Below are positions 9,962 through 20,400 of a DNA stretch of 64,000 nucleotides, in pieces (positions within the stretch are counted from its first letter, which is position 1; every line of letters starts with the position of its first letter). The notes beneath the pieces were generated by a model. That model was not told the origin of the DNA and did not search any database. It saw only the letters and a program-made list of their open reading frames with translations. Both the position numbers and the translations under genes were made by a program. Location of the stretch: positions 248,001 through 312,000 of IMG/VR virus record IMGVR_UViG_3300012931_000759; one strand, given 5' to 3'.

Positions 9962-12028
9962 ATGGCGGCACCAGTCATACCGATTCTTTTTCCATTGCCT
10001 ACCGACGGTGGGAGGGACAAGACATATCCGGAACTCGTGCGCTCGATGTCGTGTACCTGCCCGGCCGGAGCGATCATCAAGCCGAGCATCGCGCCGATCC
10101 CCGGGTTCAACCTTGGCGACATCATTGCCGACCAGTCCAAGCTGCTGGCCGCCTTGGCGGCGGGCTACAGCATGCTTACGGTGGTAATGAAGCTGGTCTC
10201 CTGTATCATCGACGTGCTCTGCGCCCTGATAAATCCCTTTTCGACCATCGCAGCTGTCGTGCGCCTGTTCGGCTCCTGCCTGCCGGACTTCATCCTGCTT
10301 CTCCCACAGCTGGCGATCCCGGCCATCATCCTCTGTATGATCAAGATCATCCTGGCCATCATTACCTACATCGTCACCGTGATTATACCCTTGATCCAGG
10401 ACATCATCGCCAACGTCCAGGACCTCATCGATGCCATCTCCACGGGGAACCAGCACGCCATCCAGGCGGTGGCCTTCAAGATCGTGTCCATCCTAAAGGA
10501 GCTGTACAACGTCGTGGGCATCCTGGCTGCGCTCGACGCCGTCCTGGCCATGGTGAAGGCTCTCCTCAGTCTAGGCATCGGCATCCCGTGCGGAGGAGGC
10601 GGGGGATCCTGTAGCGGATGCGGGGAGGCCCAGTGCCCCTCCGTGTTCGACAACTTCACCCTTTCCGGCGCAGACGGCATGTTGACGGCCACGGTGGTCT
10701 ACAGCGGCAGCCTGCTGAGCTACTTCCTGACCTTCACGTCGGCCGCGCACAACGAAGATTTCCTGGCCCTGCGGCCCTTCTTTCCGACCGGCGTCGACTA
10801 CAGCACGATAACCGACAGCACGAAGGTGCCCTATCTGCTGAATTGTAATGGATATTACACAGTTACCTCCGTGGACGAGGATGGGGCCCTGTCGCTTTTC
10901 CCGCTGCCGCAGCAGCAGCACAATGACGGATACCTGTCGAGTGTGTACTGCTCCAGTGCCATTTCAACCCCGGTTGACCCCACCGGCCGGTACGCCAGGT
11001 TCGGCACACGGGCGGCCAAGCCGCAGTTCTCCTCTGGCGACGTTGGCGTGTATCTGGAGCTTCTGGATTCCGACAGTACGGGAGCCGCGAAGAACAACGG
11101 CACATTCAGGATCTCCTCGGTTTACGACGGCTACAATGTCGTGCTCGATCACCTCAGCGCAAGCGCGTGGGATGCGCAGGCCTTGTACAACCCGTCGTTC
11201 GGCTCGGGCTGGAAAGTCGTGTGGCGCAAGGTCTACGTGCCGTCCACGGTTGGCCCGAGGCCCTACACGCTGGTTATTAACCACGAGGAGCTGATACGGC
11301 GCAATGTCATAAGTGTGGGCTGCCATCCGGACGTTCGAACAGCCGTGAAGGGGGCGAAGAATCGCAGCCCGTACCTGGATGTGCCCATTCCGCCGCTGCC
11401 CGACATCGAAGGGCTGGCGGCTGCGGCCACCGCGTGCCTCACCGCGATAGCGCCGATCGACGTCGACTCCCAGTATGTCATCGACAACTATGGTAGCATC
11501 GCGCAGGCGGCGGTTACCGCAGGCGACTGCCTCAACAGCGCGCTTGGCACCCTCGCGTCTAGCATGGTTTCGTACGCTTCGGATATCTACCCAAGGGTAT
11601 TCAGTCTTGACAAGTCGCTCCTGTCAGCGGACCGCTCGATCCAGATCGCCGGGGGAGACATCGTCGTAAGCGTCATCCCTATTGACATCAACGGCAACCG
11701 GCTCGCCGACGACCTGCCTCCCGGAGTGGTGGAGGTAAAAGTCTTCACCACCTTTGGTACACTGTCGGTGGTAGAGGAGATCCTGGACGATTCAGGTGTG
11801 TCGACCGGTGAATTCAGGGCTACTCTGACCAGTCGGATCATCGGAACGGCCGAGGTCACAGCTACCGTGGCCGACCAGTATGTCAGCAATTTCGACACCA
11901 CATTGAATCCGCCGGACTATGTGCCGCGAACGCTCGAATTGTCGTTCGTCGACGCGCGCCCGGCCGACACCAAGCCGCAGGACACGATGGAACCCCTTGG
12001 AATCGCGGGCACGGGCGGGGTGAAGTAG
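9962..12028 (+). CDS. Virion protein with hydrophobic Cys-rich helical N-terminus and C-terminal Ig-like (invasin/Big_1-like) domain
   Basis: SD GGAG. About 150 aa of hydrophobic helices at the N-terminus. The C-terminus VSVIPIDINGN..GEFRATLTSRIIGTAEVTATV resembles a bacterial Ig-like domain. Contains 2 DGY. Confidence 0.5.
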   Translation: MAAPVIPILFPLPTDGGRDKTYPELVRSMSCTCPAGAIIKPSIAPIPGFNLGDIIADQSKLLAALAAGYSMLTVVMKLVSCIIDVLCALINPFSTIAAVVRLFGSCLPDFILLLPQLAIPAIILCMIKIILAIITYIVTVIIPLIQDIIANVQDLIDAISTGNQHAIQAVAFKIVSILKELYNVVGILAALDAVLAMVKALLSLGIGIPCGGGGGSCSGCGEAQCPSVFDNFTLSGADGMLTATVVYSGSLLSYFLTFTSAAHNEDFLALRPFFPTGVDYSTITDSTKVPYLLNCNGYYTVTSVDEDGALSLFPLPQQQHNDGYLSSVYCSSAISTPVDPTGRYARFGTRAAKPQFSSGDVGVYLELLDSDSTGAAKNNGTFRISSVYDGYNVVLDHLSASAWDAQALYNPSFGSGWKVVWRKVYVPSTVGPRPYTLVINHEELIRRNVISVGCHPDVRTAVKGAKNRSPYLDVPIPPLPDIEGLAAAATACLTAIAPIDVDSQYVIDNYGSIAQAAVTAGDCLNSALGTLASSMVSYASDIYPRVFSLDKSLLSADRSIQIAGGDIVVSVIPIDINGNRLADDLPPGVVEVKVFTTFGTLSVVEEILDDSGVSTGEFRATLTSRIIGTAEVTATVADQYVSNFDTTLNPPDYVPRTLELSFVDARPADTKPQDTMEPLGIAGTGGVK

Positions 12029-12029
12029 A

Positions 12030-13643
12030 ATGGTCACATCCTCTTCTTCCGGCACCATTTTCAAACTGGATCTCGTGAAATTCGCGAGGGATGTTATGTC
12101 CGAGGTGGATAGTGTGCGATCGTACCTTCCGGATGTTGGAGGGGATTCACAGCAGGCCGACAACCGGCCCACCGAATCCAGGGTCAACGCCTTTTTTAGG
12201 CTGATCGGTTTGCCGATGATCGTGTCGATAGCACCCGAGAACGATAAGGATAAATCGACCACCAAAGCCTCGCAACAAACCTTGACACCAGGTTTTGCCA
12301 TGGGTGGCGAACCTCCCGGTGTCCTCGGAGACAGTAAGGACGCAAAGATGCCGGATCCGATCACCGGAAACGACACGGCCCTACAGACCCTTCTCCAGAG
12401 CCGGGAGAAAACACTTCTTGAGTTAGAGAGGGAGATAGGGACTGCTGACCGTGATCAGAGACGCGTGTGGGCCTTCTATACCCCGCTTAGTCTGTCGTTG
12501 GACGAGACAGATTTCGACGAGAAGGGTCTGCTGATGTTCAAGCGCATTTCTCCGTTCATTGTGTCCTATAGAAGGATATATCCGGCACAGAACGAGTTGT
12601 CGAAACCTTTCCTAGCGAATCCGGAAAGGGGAAGGACTCCGCTGGATTCTTCTCCGATCAGGCGTCCATTTATAGAGACGGTGATCAGAATACGCATTAG
12701 CGCGCTGGAGGGAGGTAACCAACAGCAGCAGGATTATCTGGCAAATGCCAGAGTGCGGATGCAGCAGCTGTCTTCGACAGCCGCCAATGCGCTGCCGGAG
12801 GAAGCCTCGGCATACGAATCATTCATCATAGACCAGATGTTGGGGTCGATCAACCAATTTGCCGACACCTGGGTTAATCTACAGCGGCGTCGCGAGTATA
12901 TAACCACGGACACAAGCATTATCCTGAAACCGAAAACATCGTCGGCAAAAGCGAATCCTTTCGGAAAACAAGGCAATGTTGCCACGACGTTGGAATCCAC
13001 CGGCAAATCGGATCGCGGCAAGCCGAATCTTATCCAGCGCCAGGCGATCCTGAACCGCAGTATTGCGGTGGACGAGGCCCTGATCAGCCTGCTGCCTACA
13101 CAAGACGCGACCAGCCTCACTGGGGAAGAGGTAAAGAACGTCATGCCGAACGCACTCACAAACCCGTTCGTGAGTATGCTTAGGCAGCCAATCGACTGGC
13201 AAAGGAAAAAGCTAGCCGAAGTGAGTGCGCAAATTGATGCCATAACGCAGCGGGCTGATAGACTGCGCCTGGAACTCGAGATGATGACAGGTGAGTTTAC
13301 TGGCCTCTCGTTACCAGATATCGTCTTTACCATACTGGCACTTTTCCTGATCAATAAGAATGATCTTATTGGTTTGCTGGATCAGGATACCAGGACGCAG
13401 ATGTCCTATGACCCTGTACTAAAAGCGGCATTAGAAGGATCGAGTCCAACTGCCACCATCACGGCGGCGAACAACCTGCGCAATAAAGTCAAGGAACTGT
13501 ATGCCGATCTGAACGAGGCGATCAAGCAACGCCTCGACAAAAGTAAGCGCACTTCGCGGAGCAGCTCGTCTCTGCCGAACGAAAAGAATTCAAGAACGCT
13601 CAACAACCAGGAAAACTACGAAGATTTCTTGAACGAGCAATAG
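12030..13643 (+). CDS. Hypothetical tail-region protein, helical/coiled-coil
   Basis: 537-aa ORF packed between structural genes (1-nt gap upstream); no recognisable motif. Confidence 0.7.
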   Translation: MVTSSSSGTIFKLDLVKFARDVMSEVDSVRSYLPDVGGDSQQADNRPTESRVNAFFRLIGLPMIVSIAPENDKDKSTTKASQQTLTPGFAMGGEPPGVLGDSKDAKMPDPITGNDTALQTLLQSREKTLLELEREIGTADRDQRRVWAFYTPLSLSLDETDFDEKGLLMFKRISPFIVSYRRIYPAQNELSKPFLANPERGRTPLDSSPIRRPFIETVIRIRISALEGGNQQQQDYLANARVRMQQLSSTAANALPEEASAYESFIIDQMLGSINQFADTWVNLQRRREYITTDTSIILKPKTSSAKANPFGKQGNVATTLESTGKSDRGKPNLIQRQAILNRSIAVDEALISLLPTQDATSLTGEEVKNVMPNALTNPFVSMLRQPIDWQRKKLAEVSAQIDAITQRADRLRLELEMMTGEFTGLSLPDIVFTILALFLINKNDLIGLLDQDTRTQMSYDPVLKAALEGSSPTATITAANNLRNKVKELYADLNEAIKQRLDKSKRTSRSSSSLPNEKNSRTLNNQENYEDFLNEQ

Positions 13644-13659
13644 GGAACGGGAGACTAGC

Positions 13660-14088
13660 ATGTCTTTTGACCTGAAGATAGTCGGCAATGACCTGGCCAT
13701 GAATCCGGACGGATCTATCCAGACCGTACGGGATAACGAGAAACTGAAACAGGACATCCTGAAAGCGATCCTGACGGCGCGTGGGAGTAACAGATTTCAT
13801 CAGTGGTATGGCAGCACTGTGTCCGAAAGGACCATAGGTCAGGTGCTGGAGGCCGGGCAACTCGATGCCGAAATCCAGATATCGATACAGGAGACACTTT
13901 CGAACCTGATGTCACTCCAAACGGCCCAGACCAGGGTCCAGTACGTCTCCCCAGGCGAGACGCTAGCTGGTCTTGTCGACGTGCGCGTCGCCAAGGATTC
14001 GACGGATCCACGACAGTGGTCTATAACAGTCATAGCCCTGACACGCCAACTGACGCCTGTAGAAGAGACCTTTGTGCTAAGAATATGA
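13660..14088 (+). CDS. gp25/GPW-like baseplate wedge protein
   Basis: 142 aa, MSFDLKIVGNDL..LKQDILKAILT..GSNRFHQWYGS; typical size and position immediately before baseplate J. Confidence 0.8.
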   Translation: MSFDLKIVGNDLAMNPDGSIQTVRDNEKLKQDILKAILTARGSNRFHQWYGSTVSERTIGQVLEAGQLDAEIQISIQETLSNLMSLQTAQTRVQYVSPGETLAGLVDVRVAKDSTDPRQWSITVIALTRQLTPVEETFVLRI

Positions 14089-14173
14089 ATGGAATTTTCC
14101 GTGTAAACATATACAGAGAAGGATATGGCGAAAAAGAAAGAGTATCTGCTCAAGTTTGACGGGGGTGTGATTA

Positions 14174-17100
14174 ATGGTCAGGTTTAAAAGCTTCAACGAG
14201 GTCGTGCTCTCCATGTTGGAGAGACTGCGACTCACACAGCCGCAATTGGACGACAAGCCGAACTCGGTGGCTAGGGACGTATTTGTCGACCCCCCGGCTT
14301 TCGAGATCGGCGAAGTTTACGAGGCCATGCGCGCCATTGCGCGCCTTCAGTCGCTAGCCAACCTGACCGGAAACGACCTGACCAATTTCGGTGCGAATTT
14401 TGGCGCTAGTCGTAAGACAGGCACAAAGGCAAGCGGGCAGGTCGTTTTCACGTTCCGTAAGATTGACACGAATCTGACCATACCGGTCGGCACCGTAGTG
14501 ACCACCCGCAATGGCTTGAGTTTCGTCACGATCTCCAGTACTACCGTGCGGGTATCCGACTCCAACGCACTCCGGGCAACCGCAACCAGGTTGCGTGATG
14601 AGCTGGACACAGCTGGGATCACCGACCAGTACGCCATCGAAACGAGTGTTCAGGCCCAGAGTATTGGCTCGTCCGGCAACATAGCCACCTACTCGATCGT
14701 TTCCCATTCTGCATCCGGCGTCAACAGCGTTACGAACGTTGTGTCATTTACAGGCGGAACGGACGTGGAGACAGACGCAGCCTTCCGGTCACGTATCCTG
14801 GCTACATTTGCCGGGGCCAACACCGGGACATCCCTTGGATACAGGAGTCTGATTCTGGCCTTGGCAGATGCCATCGACGCGCTGGTAGTCGAGCCGGGCG
14901 ATCCCCTCATGGTCAGGGACGGGACAACCACAACGACCGACAGCAGTGGAAACACCATCGTGGCGCAGCCAGGAACGGGCGGAAAAGTCGACATCTACGT
15001 ACTGGGGGAGAACCTCCAGGCCGCCACGGACAGCTTTATTTATAAGGACAAGAGCGGCAAAAACGATCCTACCAGCCCCAACAACGACCATGTGCTCGGG
15101 CAATCGTCACTAACTCCGAACACCGCCCTTTCTCTCAACAGCAGGCGGCTGGGCGTGCTCTCCGAGGGCGAGGCGATCCCAACGCAACCTATCTCCTCGA
15201 TTACATCGGTCATCGGCAGCTCCTCCGGGCCCAATTTTGTCGAGCAGTACACCGACAGCTCGGATCAACTTGTGGGGAACTATAAGCTTGTCGGCGACAC
15301 CGGCGTGGCCCAAGGAAGCCCGTTTGGCCTCGATAAAATAGTGTGGACCTCGGATCGCATTAACATGTTGGCTGAGAGTCGCACAAAAGGCGCTTTCAAC
15401 AGCGTCGATGGCCTAGCATACACTGATGTGCTCGGCATATCGGGGATTACGCAGGATGTACGTGTGACAAACGAGAACTCGTCCGTGTCGAGCGACCGCT
15501 TCTATGTCACGGTAAAACACAAGCCTGTCCGTACCGTGAGTCGTATTTTCAACCTCACCACAGGCGAGCGGTACACGATATCCGACCAGAACCCGGACGG
15601 GCAAAGCAGCGCACTGAATGAGACGGGACGCATCAAGATCTCGGGACGAACCCTGCCAACCGCAAGCGACACACTCCAGGTAGACTATACGTGGGTGATG
15701 TCTTTTGCGCCAACTGTCGAGTTCGACACGCTGGATCCTAAGGATCCGACCAACAACGCTCAGGACTCGATCGACTGGGGCTTCCCGAACTACATCAGGG
15801 ACGAGTTGTCGTCGGCCAATCTCGACGCTTACGGCAAGCTGACGGTTGCCACGGCCTACCCGGTTGGGCGCCTGCTTGCGGTGAGCACTTTCCATCAGGA
15901 GACCCTGACGGTCGGGGGTACCTCCTCCAGGAAAACGATCACGACAATCAACACGGTTCTGAACATACATAGTATCAAGGACACTTCGAAAAGCGGGGCA
16001 GAAGTGTACAATACCCTCACAGCCGATGGCACCTTCTCCAACAGACTGATTGCGCTGCCAAGCGACTCGCTGGCTGCCCTCGGAGATCAAGTTGTTGTCG
16101 TGTATAGCACCACGGATCTGATGGACTCGTACCAGTCGGCTTCGGCCGTCGGAAAAACCATCACACTGTTCCCGTCCACATTGGTTGCCTCCGGCACCGC
16201 CGTCATGGTAGACTATGCGACCAGCCTGCTGAACATCCTACCACAGACGAACTTCACCTCGTTGCCAGTGGCTGGGGACGGCTACAACTCCTTCACGGGC
16301 ATTGATGGATACCAGCCTATGCTCGACACCTTCGCGGGAAGCGTGGTTGTCGACAACAAGCGCAGGACCCCGACGCACCTGAAGGTGACGGCCGCCGCCA
16401 TACCGACGCAGGGTACGTTAGAGTTCATCGGCATCACTATGAACAAGATCACCGGGATCTTTACGACTACAGCTGCCTCCACCGGCAGCGCCAACATTGT
16501 CGACCTAGCTCCCCTGATCAGGACCGCCGAGGGTCTTGGGCGTACGGCAACGATCCCCTCGAACATCGCAGTAGCCAGGCTTCTTTCACTGGAGGCGGTC
16601 TCGCTGGATATTACAGGGAATGTCAAATCGGTGAATACCACGTACGATCTCACAAACTACGCGTTGAAGACATCGCGTTGGGACCTGGCATACGCTACCC
16701 AGAACACCTCGCTCGGCAACGCGTCAATCCAATTGGCAGCCGTTGCCGCGAACACCAGCAGCCCGATCACAACCGGCAAACACTTGCGCGCCACTTTCTA
16801 CTACGCGAAGGGCAACGACTCCGAACGAATGTTCTTCTCCAAGAATGGCTCACAGATCACGGACAAGGTTTTCGCAAAGGTGGCGTCCATCGGACGCGTG
16901 TCCGGTTTCACGAACTCCGCCGGAGCGGTCAGCGGGCGGTTTACCGTCGACACCGCGACACAGCCGGAGCAGAACGTCGCCTACGCGGTCGACTACAGCT
17001 ACACGGCCCCGAAGAACAACGAGCGCATCACGGTGAATTACGAATACAATAAGCTCATCGGGGATGCTACTTTTGCCGTCGAGGAAGGGAGGCCGATCAC

Positions 17101-17428
17101 GGCCGATGTCTTGGTAAAAGTAGCCGAGGAAGTCAAGATCGACGTAACCGCAGAAATCATCGTGCTCCCGTCGTACGCAACCTCGTCCGACACGGTCAAA
17201 CAGGACGTGGCCGACAATATCTCGTCCAGTCTAAACGCCACGGCATTGAATACGACGCTGGATGTGTCCGATATTGTAGCCAACGCGTACAACGTAGCTG
17301 GCCTGGACAAGATCACAATCACGCGGTTCAACCAACAGGGACAATCCGGTACCGTCACAACTGTGGTTGCCGGGAAGAACCAATACCTGGCCGCCGGTAC
17401 GGTGACCATAACAGTCAAGACGCGCTGA
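14174..17428 (+). CDS. Baseplate J-like (gp6) wedge protein with large insertions
   Basis: RKTGTKASGQVVF, AQSIGSSGNIA, FTGGTDVETDAAFRSRI, PGTGGKVDIYVLG are baseplate-J hallmarks; 1084 aa; contains 2 DGY. Confidence 0.9.
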   Translation: MVRFKSFNEVVLSMLERLRLTQPQLDDKPNSVARDVFVDPPAFEIGEVYEAMRAIARLQSLANLTGNDLTNFGANFGASRKTGTKASGQVVFTFRKIDTNLTIPVGTVVTTRNGLSFVTISSTTVRVSDSNALRATATRLRDELDTAGITDQYAIETSVQAQSIGSSGNIATYSIVSHSASGVNSVTNVVSFTGGTDVETDAAFRSRILATFAGANTGTSLGYRSLILALADAIDALVVEPGDPLMVRDGTTTTTDSSGNTIVAQPGTGGKVDIYVLGENLQAATDSFIYKDKSGKNDPTSPNNDHVLGQSSLTPNTALSLNSRRLGVLSEGEAIPTQPISSITSVIGSSSGPNFVEQYTDSSDQLVGNYKLVGDTGVAQGSPFGLDKIVWTSDRINMLAESRTKGAFNSVDGLAYTDVLGISGITQDVRVTNENSSVSSDRFYVTVKHKPVRTVSRIFNLTTGERYTISDQNPDGQSSALNETGRIKISGRTLPTASDTLQVDYTWVMSFAPTVEFDTLDPKDPTNNAQDSIDWGFPNYIRDELSSANLDAYGKLTVATAYPVGRLLAVSTFHQETLTVGGTSSRKTITTINTVLNIHSIKDTSKSGAEVYNTLTADGTFSNRLIALPSDSLAALGDQVVVVYSTTDLMDSYQSASAVGKTITLFPSTLVASGTAVMVDYATSLLNILPQTNFTSLPVAGDGYNSFTGIDGYQPMLDTFAGSVVVDNKRRTPTHLKVTAAAIPTQGTLEFIGITMNKITGIFTTTAASTGSANIVDLAPLIRTAEGLGRTATIPSNIAVARLLSLEAVSLDITGNVKSVNTTYDLTNYALKTSRWDLAYATQNTSLGNASIQLAAVAANTSSPITTGKHLRATFYYAKGNDSERMFFSKNGSQITDKVFAKVASIGRVSGFTNSAGAVSGRFTVDTATQPEQNVAYAVDYSYTAPKNNERITVNYEYNKLIGDATFAVEEGRPITADVLVKVAEEVKIDVTAEIIVLPSYATSSDTVKQDVADNISSSLNATALNTTLDVSDIVANAYNVAGLDKITITRFNQQGQSGTVTTVVAGKNQYLAAGTVTITVKTR

Positions 17429-17438
17429 GGACCATAAG

Positions 17439-20400
17439 ATGACAAACCTGCGAGCCAAACAGCTGATGGTGAGGAGCAGCACGACAATCGAGGTGACCTT
17501 CACGGCCAGCCTCGATCCTAACATCGCTCCGTCGAACATCACCATCGATGGGGTTGGTGGCACACCGTCCGATCTCGCGGTAAAGTCGGTCTCCGTGTCC
17601 GGAGCGAAGCTGACCGTTACGGTCAAGCCGATGATCTCCGGGGCTCTGTACGAGATGGTCCTGGCCTCGACGTCCACCCAGTTCTTTGTTGGCGCGCACG
17701 GGGAAAGGCTTGTCGAGGACGGCGCCACGAACCATCTGTTCTTCACAGGCATCGAGGAAGAGAGCGATGTCTTCCAGGCACTCAGGGATTCGCTGCCGCC
17801 CATCTACGATCCCAAGGGTGGCTCCCTGCTGCGCGACCTGATCATGCCGATCGCGCGGGAGATCGAGGCGGCACAGCACGCAGCGAACGAGATTGGAGCC
17901 GCCAACTACATCTCCGTAGAGGTGACGGACGAAGGGATCACAAGGGGTTCCGGGCCATACGACCGGTTCGCAAACGAAGGTGTCTTCAAAATCCTCAGGG
18001 TGGGCGCAACTGCTACCAGCGTCGGCACCAGCAAAACAATTACGTATACTTCGTTCCCGTCTGATCCTATTAGCCTCCAGCAAGATGTCGTGGCGGAAGA
18101 GACAGTATCGAACGCGTCCGGAAGTTTAAACAGTTTCGATGGTTTGTTGATCTCTCTGTCTAATGGACCTGTCATCAATGTGTCCTCTATCGTTCTGGTG
18201 CGAGGAACCTCACAGTATGTCTACGATATTACACTGTTCCGCTACGGCCTGGAGGAAAGTAAATACGACAGCGCGAATGCCTACTCAGCTTTCGACATAA
18301 AGAATAATCAGGTGCGCTTAAGCACTGCGGCTGTCGGCCCGAGTTTTCCTCTTCCCCAAGGAAACGATATCATCAAGATCGGGTACACATACAAGAGACT
18401 TGGCCGCATTCCGAGTGTGTCCTCTGTGTCTATCACGACAACCGTCAACGTGGTCAGGGAAAGTGTTCCTGCAGTTGCGACATCCTTTTTTCTTGGACAC
18501 GCTCCAATTGTGAACAGGACAGGGGATACTGTCACTACGGGCGGTATTCAATGGATCAACCCGGCCGCCAATTTCGATCCCACCCTGAAGCACCCGGCAT
18601 TCGTGACCGAAATACCTTTCAGCGAGTCCAGCCTACCCTCTAAGGCGGGAGAGTTTGCCGTCAACTACTCGACCGGGCAGGTGATTGTGTTTGGGGTGGA
18701 TGGTTCAGGAACCGACGGAACAACCGTTGTGCCGCCAGTCGCGACCTACTGGTTCAAGCGAACTTTCCAAGACGGCCTGGATTATAACCTCTTTAGCGAC
18801 CTGTGGGAAATAGCGGCTGTGCCAGGACGCGACCTGGAAGGATCCCCGGCTACAATTTCCTTCACCTATGAAGAAACCTTTGCCGAGGGTACCGATTTCC
18901 TGTTCGCCTCGCATGTCGAGCAGATCGACGAGCGCGTCAATAACAGGCTGATCGGGGATTTTGGGCTGACAACTGAGTACGGTCCTGTGAACGAGGTGTT
19001 CCGTATTTTCAACGAGACGACCGGCGAGTTGTATCGCGTGTCCCGAATCTCCGGAAACCAAGTGTTTTTCCAGGCTACAACTCCCCCGAGACTGGTCCAG
19101 ATGGCGCGGGAGGCGGCATCATTCAACGAGCATATCCAGGCGCAGATCGTGGTTTCCGAGGAAGTGGCGATTCCCTCGAAGTCCTTCGTGGCCTTTAGGG
19201 TCGAATTACAGGATGCGAACATCGCCACAGCGACTGCCGATTATATAGGTGCCAGCTTTAACTCTTCGCTGCTGTTTTCCGACACCTCCACATTCGCGCG
19301 GGAAATGTACTTCGACCCAGAGGACACCGAGGGCAACAACCTCCAACGCCTACAACAGGTCGGGGACTACATGGTTAACTACGCCAACGGGGTCGCGCAT
19401 GTAGCAGTACTTTCCGGCAGCAGCACCGACATCGGCGACGCCTCGTACCGTTTCGGCGAGATCCTGACGGCGAACAAGCACATCACCGAAGTGTCGAACC
19501 TGTACCGCAGCGCGAGCGCCAAAGCGGAGAACGTCAAAATCTTCACAATCGGTGCCATCGTGGACGAGACGGTCGAGATCGTGGACCTGGAGCAGGTCGG
19601 CGAATCCTCCGTGGACGGCAACGCCATCCAGGTCTCCAGCGGAACTGTCGAGGTTTCGCAGGACGCCATGAGGGTGCGGCACATTTTCCAGGTGACCGAC
19701 CTGCGAACCGCCTCCGCGCCCGTGGACTTCGTGGCGGGGGCCGTGATCTCCTCGTCGCAACCCACTACGATCACGCTCGACCCAGACGGCGTGCCGGTGA
19801 CCGACTCCGGAGCAAACGGCGTCGGCCTCGAAGTCCAGACGGACGGTTTCAGGAAATACATAGAAGTCTCAAGACTTTCCAACATTGTGTCCGGTCCAAC
19901 GCAGCTTGCGACGCTGGTCGATAAGGTGGCCGACCCGGATTTCTTGGCCAGGGAATACTGGGTCATCGACATGGCGACCGGCCAGAACTACTTCGCGTTG
20001 GGGAACGACAGCTACATCGATGCCTCGGCCAACAGGATCTACCTGCCGAGCAACGTGCCTGACAGCGCCATCGGCACCTTGGTCGAGGCGCAGTACAGAG
20101 CGGCACTTCTGGACGGGGCTGCGGTCTTGGTCGACTATACCCCCGGCGACATCTTCATAGACTACACATATGTGGCCGACGAGATCCTGGTTAGCTACGA
20201 GTATGGCGACAACGTGCTGGATTGGAGCGTGTCCGATAACCTGTCGGCTGGACAGACGTACTATGTCAGCTACCGCTACGGCGCGCTGCGTGACGCGTTG
20301 CGTGACAATTTTGGCGTGCTCACTGGAATAGAAGAGCTGGCCACGGCCCCGCTTAGCCTAGAGCGCGAGTTGTACCGCGCTGGTCTTGCTGGGTCGCTCC

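Noticed and set aside
14085-14188. Tiny ORFs (24 and 20 codons) in the AT-rich gap between gp25 and baseplate J
   Set aside because: Too short, with no recognisable motif; cannot be supported.
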